Below, piece after piece: positions 57,467 to 64,000 of a stretch of DNA of 64,000 nt (the stretch's first letter is position 1; every line of letters begins with the position of its first letter). This DNA is from Squalus acanthias (taxonomy: Eukaryota), in the NCBI GenBank assembly GCA_030390025.1, contig CM059433.1, forward strand, positions 32,986,001 to 33,050,000, written 5' to 3'. The position numbers were made by a program, and so were the translations under genes. The notes under the pieces were generated by a model. That model saw only the letters and a program-made list of their open reading frames with translations, did no database searches and was not told the DNA's origin.

Positions 57467-60193
57467 AAGGAATAATAAGGGGAAAAAAACACTGGTGGGC
57501 GTAGTATATAGGCCTCCTAATAGTTGCAACTCTGTTGGAAGAAGTATTAATCAGGAAATAGTTGGGGCATGTAATAAGGGAACAGCTATAATTATGGGGG
57601 ATTTTAACTATCATATTAACTGGACAAATCAAATTGGGCAGGGCAGCCTTGAGGAAGAGTTTATTGAGTGTCTTAGGGATGGATTTCTTGAGCAGTGTGT
57701 AACTGATCCTACAAGGGGGCAAGCAACCTTGGACCTGGTACTGTGTAATGAGTCTGGATTAATTAATAATGTCCTAGTTAAGAATCCCCTTGGAATGAGT
57801 GACCATAACATGGTTGAATTCCATATCCAATTAGAGGGTGAGAAGGTTGGTTCTCAAACAAGCATACTGAGCTTGAATAAAGGAGACTATGATGGCATGA
57901 GAGCAGAATTGATTAAAGTGGACTTGGAAAATAGATTAAAGGGTAAGACAGTACATGAGCAGTGGTGTTCATTCAAGGAGTTATTTTACAACTTTCAAAA
58001 TAAATATATTCCACTGAGGAAAAAAGGGTGTAAAAGAAATGACAGCCATGGATGGCTAAGTAAAGAAATTAAAGAAAGTTTCCAACTAAAAACAAGGACA
58101 TATAAGGTAGCCAAAGTTAGTGGGAGGATAGAAGATTGGGATGTCTTCAAAAGACAACAAAAAGTAACTAAAGGATTGATTAAGAAAGGGAAAATAGACT
58201 ATGAAAATAAATTAGCAAAAAATATAAAAACAGATAGCAAGAGTTTCTATAGTTATATAAAAAGAAAAAGGGTGGTTAAGGCAAACGTAGGTCCCTTAGA
58301 GGATGAGACCGGGAAATTAATGGTGGAAAACATGGAGATGGCAAAAATGCTGAACAAATATTTTGTTTCAGTCTTTACGGTAGAGGACACTAAGAATATC
58401 CCAACACTGGACAAACAGGGGGCTCTAGTGGGGGAGGAGCTAAATACGATTAAAATCACTAAGGAATTGGTACTCAGTAAAATAATGGGACTCAAGGCGG
58501 ATAAATCCCCATGACCTGATGGCTTACATCCTAGGGTCTTGAGGGAAGTGGCAGTAGGAATTGTGGATGCTTTGGTAATAATTTTCCAAAACTCCCTGAA
58601 CTCAGCAAAGGTCCCGGCAGATTGGAAAACTGCAAATGTAACACCCTTATTTAAAAAGGGTTGTAGGCAGAAGGCTGGAAATTATAGACCAGTTAGCCTA
58701 TCATCTGTGGTGGGTAAAATTTTGGAGTCTATTATTAAGGAGACAGTAACGGAACATTTAGATAAACATAATTTAATAGGACAAAGTCAGCATGGCTTTA
58801 TGAAGGGGAAGTCATGTCTGACAAATTTGCTCGAGTTCTTTGAGGACATAACGTACAGGGTGGATAAAGGGGAACCAGTGGATGTAGTGTATTTAGACTT
58901 CCAGAAGGCATTCGACAAGGTGCCACATAAAAGATTATTACTCAAGATAAAAAATCACTGGATTGGGGGTAATATTCTGGCATGGGTGGAGGATTGGTTA
59001 TCTAACAGGAAGCAGAGAGTTGGGATAAATGGTTCATTCTCGGACTGGCAACCAGTAGCCAGTGGTGTTCCGCAGGGGTCGGTGCTGGGTCCCCAACTCT
59101 TTACAATCTATATTAACAATTTGGAGGAGGGGACCGAGTGTAACATATCAAAGTTTGCAGATGATACAAAGATGGGAGGGAAAGTAGAGAGTGAGGAGGA
59201 CATAAAAAACCTACAAGGGGATATAGACAGGCTGGGTGAGTGGACAGAGATTTGGCAGATGCAATACAATATTGGAAAATGTGAGGTTATGCACTTTGGC
59301 AGGAAAAATCAGAGAGCAAGTTATTATCTTAATGGCGAGAAACTGGAAAGTACTGCAGTACAAAGGGATCTGGGGGTCTTGGTGCAAGAAAATCAAAAAG
59401 TTAGTATGCAGGTGCAGCAGGTGATCAAGAAAGCCAATGGAATGTTGGCTTTTATTGCTAGGGGGATAGAATATAAAAACAGGGAGGTATTGCTGCAGTT
59501 GTATAGGGTATTGGTGAGACCGCACCTGGACTACTGCATACAGTTTTGGTGTCCATACTTAAGAAAAGACATACTTGCTCTCGAGGCAGTACAAAGAAGG
59601 TTCACTCGGTTAATTCCGGGGATGAGGGGGTGGACATACGAGGAGAGGTTGAGTAGATTGGGACTCTACTCATTGGAGTTCAGAAGAATGAGAGGCGATC
59701 TTATTGAAACATATAAGATCGTGAAGGGGCTTGATCGGGTGGACGCGTTGAGGATGTTCCCAATGATGGGTGAAACTAGAACTAGGGGACATAATCTTAG
59801 AATAAAGGGCTCCTCTTTCAAAACTGAGATGAGGAGAAACTTTTTCACTCAGAGGGTAGTGGGTCTGTGGAATTTGCTACCCCAGGAAGCTGTGGAAGCT
59901 ACTTCATTAAATAAATTTAAAACAGAAATAGACCGTTTCCTAGAAGTAAAGGGAATCAGGGGTTACGGGGAGCGAGCTGGAAATTGGACATGAGTTTGAT
60001 TTCGGATCGGTCAAGGCCCTGTGGGTGGCAGAGTGGGCCCAGGGGCCGAGTGGCCTGGTCCTGCTCCTACTTCTTGTGTTCTTTAGAGTTGAGGTTGGAT
60101 CAGATCAGCCATGATCTCATTGAATGGCGGAGCAGGCTCGAGGGGCCGATTGGCCTACTCCTGCTCCTATTTCTTGTGTTCAATTATGTTCTT

Positions 60194-63100
60194 ATCAATC
60201 ATAGAATCAATCACATGATCAATCATAGAATCAGTCACATGATCAATCACAGGATCTATCATAGAATCAAACACATGATCAATCACAAGATCAATCATAG
60301 GACCAATCACAGGATCAATCGCAGGTTTAATCATAGGACCAATCACAGGATCAAACATAGAATCAAGCACATGCTAAATCATGGAATCAATCACAGGATC
60401 AATCATATAATCTATCACAGGATCTATCACATGATCAAATATAGAATCAATCATAGAATCAATAAAATGATCAATCATAGAATCAATCACATGTTTATTC
60501 ACATGATCAATCATAGAACCAATTATCGATTCAATCATCGAATCAATCATAGAATCATTCACATGATCAATCACAGGATCTATCTTCGAATCAATCTCAT
60601 GATCAATTATAGAATCAATCACAGGATCAATCATAGAATCAATCACATGTTCTATCATAGAATGAATCACATGATCAATCACACGACCAATCATACAATC
60701 AATCACATGATCAATCACAGGATCAATCACAGAATCATTCACATGATTAATCACAGGATCTATCATCGAATCAATCACATGATCAATTGCTTGATCAATC
60801 ATAGAATCAATCATAGAATCAATCGCAGTTTCCATCAAAGATTCAATCACATGATCAATCATAGAATCAATAAAATGTCAATCACATGATCAATCATAGA
60901 ATCAATCACAGGTCAATCATAGAATCAATCACAGGATCAATCGTAGAATCAATCATAGAATCAATAACATGATCAATCATAGAATCAATCACATGATGAA
61001 ACACAGGATCAATCATAGAGTCAATCACATGTTCTATCATAGAATGAATCACATGAACAATCACAGGATCAATCATACAATCAATCACATGATCAATCAC
61101 AAGATCAATCATAGAATCATTCAAATGATCAATAACAGGATATATCATAGAATCAATCACATGATCAATTGCTTGATCAATCATAGAATCAATCATAGCA
61201 TCAATCGCAGGTTCAATCAAAGAATCAATCACATGATCAGACATAGAACCAATCATAGAACCAGTCATAGGATCAATCATATAATCAATCACATGATTAA
61301 TCAAAAACTCAATCGATTGATCAATCATAGACTCATTCACATGATCAATCACAGGATCAATCATAGCATCAATCACATGATCAATCACAAGATCAATCAT
61401 AAAATCAATGACATTAACAATCATATAATCAATCACATGATGATAACAGGATCAATCATAGGATCAATTATAGAATCAATCATAGGATCAACCAAAGAAT
61501 CAATCACATGATCAATAATAGAATCAATCACATGATCAATCATAGAATAAATAACATGATCTATCACATGATCAATCATGGAATCAATCACATGATCAAT
61601 CAAAGCATGAATCACAGGATCCATCATAGAATCAATCAAAGGATCAATCGTAGAATCAATCATAGAATCAATAACATGATCAATCTTAGAATCAAACACA
61701 TGATCAAACACATGATCAATCATAGAATCAATCACATGATCAATCACAGGATCAATCACAGAATCAATCACATTATGAATCACAGGATCAATCATAGAAT
61801 CATTCACCTGATCAATCACAGGATTTATCATAGAATCAATCACATGATCAATCATGTTATCAATTACATGATCAATCACAGGATCAATCATACAATCAAT
61901 CATAGAATCAATCAGATGATCAATCATAGAGTTAATCACATGATCAATCACAGGATAAATCATAGAATCAATCAGATGATCTGTCACAGAAACAATCATA
62001 GGATCAATCGTAGAATCCAGCACAGGATCAATCACAGAATCAATCACATGATCAATCACAGATTCAATCATAGAGTCAATCACATGATCAATCATAGAAT
62101 CATTCACATGATCAATCACAGGATCTATCATAGAATCAAACACATGATCAATCACAAGATCAATCACAAGATCAATCATCGGACCAATCACAGGATCAAT
62201 CGCAGGTTTAATCATAGGACCAATCACAGGATCAAACATATAATCTATCACAGGATCTATCACATGATCAATCACAGAATCAATCATAGAATCAATAAAA
62301 TGATCAATCATAGAATCAATCACATGTTTATTCACATGATCAATCATAGAACCAATTATCGATTCATTCATAGAATCAATCATAGAATCATTCACATGAT
62401 CAATCACAGGATCTATCTTCGAATCAATCTCATGATCAATTATAGAATCAATCACAGGATCAATCATAGAATCAATCACATGTTCTATCATAGAATGAAT
62501 CACATGATCAATCACACGATCAATCATAAAATCAATCACATGATCAATCACAGGATCAATCATATGATCAATCAAAGCATGAATCACAGGATCCATCATA
62601 GAATCAATCAAAGGATCAATCGTAGAATCAATCATAGAATCAATAACATGATCAATCTTAGAATCAAACACATGATCAAACACATGATCAATCATAGAAT
62701 CAATCACATGATCAATCACAGGATCAATCACAGAATCAATCACATTATGAATCACAGGATCAATCATAGAATCATTCACCTGATCAATCACAGGATTTAT
62801 CATAGAATCAATCACATGATCAATCATGTTATCAATTACATGATCAATCACAGGATCAATCATACAATCAATCAATAGAATCAATCAGATGATCAATCAT
62901 AGAGTTAATCACATGATCAATCACAGGATAAATCATAGAATCAATCAGATGATCTGTCACAGAAACAATCATAGGATCAATCGTAGAATCCAGCACAGGA
63001 TCAATCACAGAATCAATCACATGATCAATTGCTTGATCAATCATAGAATCAATCATAGAATCAATCGCAGTTTCCATCAAAGATTCAATCACATGATCAA

Positions 63101-64000
63101 TCATAGAATCAATAAAATGTCAATCACATGATCAATCATAGAATCAATCACAGGTCAATCATAGAATCAATCACAGGATCAATCGTAGAATCAATCATAG
63201 AATCAATAACATGATCAATCATAGAATCAATCACATGATGAAACACAGGATCAATCATAGAGTCAATCACATGTTCTATCATAGAATGAATCACATGAAC
63301 AATCACAGGATCAATCATACAATCAATCACATGATCAATCACAAGATCAATCATAGAATCATTCAAATGATCAATAACAGGATATATCATAGAATCAATC
63401 ACATGATCAATTGCTTGATCAATCATAGAATCAATCATAGCATCAATCGCAGGTTCAATCAAAGAATCAATCACATGATCAGACATAGAACCAATCATAG
63501 AACCAGTCATAGGATCAATCATATAATCAATCACATGATTAATCAAAAACTCAATCGATTGATCAATCATAGACTCATTCACATGATCAATCACAGGATC
63601 AATCATAGCATCAATCACATGATCAATCACAAGATCAATCATAAAATCAATGACATTAACAATCATATAATCAATCACATGATGATAACAGGATCAATCA
63701 TAGGATCAATTATAGAATCAATCATAGGATCAACCAAAGAATCAATCACATGATCAATAATAGAATCAATCACATGATCAATCATAGAATAAATAACATG
63801 ATCTATCACATGATCAATCATGGAATCAATCACATGATCAATCAAAGCATGAATCACAGGATCCATCATAGAATCAATCAAAGGATCAATCGTAGAATCA
63901 ATCATAGAATCAATAACATGATCAATCTTAGAATCAAACACATGATCAAACACATGATCAATCATAGAATCAATCACATGATCAATCACAGGATCAATCA
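60194..64000. repeat. 12-bp satellite, diverged block with 2,242-bp and ~972-bp duplications, running off the window end
   Basis: Identical translations at offset 2,242 (60906/63148, 60969/63211); 61601 recurs at 62573. Confidence 0.97.

Larger units (their letters stand above)
52864..59993 (+). pseudogene. CR1 ORF2 (APE endonuclease + reverse transcriptase), segments 52864-53279 and 57470-59993, ~979 codons
   Basis: APE motifs LNARSI, AITETWL, GGGV, VYRPP, MGDFN, LDL, SDH and RT motifs QGSVLGP, FADD. Removing the Harbinger plus one TSD restores the frame (WVEIR-NNKGKKTLVGVVYRPP). Single nonsense TGA at 58512-58514 within KSPGPDG. Confidence 0.95.
52674..60193 (+). mobile_element. CR1-clade LINE (element C), 5'-truncated within ORF1, carrying a nested Harbinger
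   Basis: ORF1 esterase C-terminus, full APE+RT ORF2, 3'UTR stem-loops and TTCTTGTGTTC/TTATGTTCTT tail. Possible ATCA TSD at 52670-52673 and 60194-60197. Confidence 0.96.

Noticed and set aside
53397..57722. Alternative-frame and antisense ORFs in the Harbinger (e.g. 55734-56624 +, 54622-55281 -, 53468-53905 -)
   Set aside because: Shadow ORFs of GC-rich coding sequence with no recognisable motifs.
52670..60197. ATCA as a proven TSD of LINE C
   Set aside because: ATCA occurs twice per monomer, so the match is compatible with a TSD but not diagnostic.
59984..60889. 301-aa ORF spanning the LINE 3'UTR and satellite
   Set aside because: Chance read-through from the UTR into the stop-free satellite frame.
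1..64000. Numerous long ORFs of INHR/INHM (+) and MIDS/VIDH (-) tetrapeptide repeats, up to 568 aa
   Set aside because: A 12-bp unit that is stop-free in one frame per strand yields these automatically. Stops and frameshifts are scattered, and there is no domain or gene structure.
1..64000. Telomeric repeat or telomere-specific retrotransposon array
   Set aside because: No TTAGGG tracts. The LINEs are sporadic, truncated and in both orientations rather than head-to-tail.

Overview
Eukaryotic heterochromatin, probably from a cartilaginous fish (inferred from the CR1/HER1-type LINE ends). About 54 of the 64 kb is one unidirectional 12-bp satellite, ATCAATCA+(TAGA/CATG/CAGG), mostly alternating as a 24-bp dimer. 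The left ~30 kb is a highly homogeneous ~10,340-bp higher-order repeat (HOR) with 1,378-bp and 526-bp internal duplications and a mosaic third copy. The right part is more diverged and holds all the transposon insertions. These are a 2-kb 5'-truncated CR1 LINE (-) interrupted by an 80-bp insert with a 13-bp TSD, a 165-bp CR1 3' end (-), and a CR1 LINE (+; esterase ORF1 tail, APE-RT ORF2). A complete 4,187-bp two-gene PIF/Harbinger transposon sits inside that last LINE, with 16-bp TIRs, an AAG TSD, an intact DDE transposase and a spliced Myb/SANT gene carrying one in-frame stop. The many INHR/MIDS ORFs are translation artefacts of the satellite, and no host gene is supported. Most notable: the satellite monomer contains the CR1 3'-terminal octamer ATTCTRTG and a PBX/CUX-type ATCAATCA motif.
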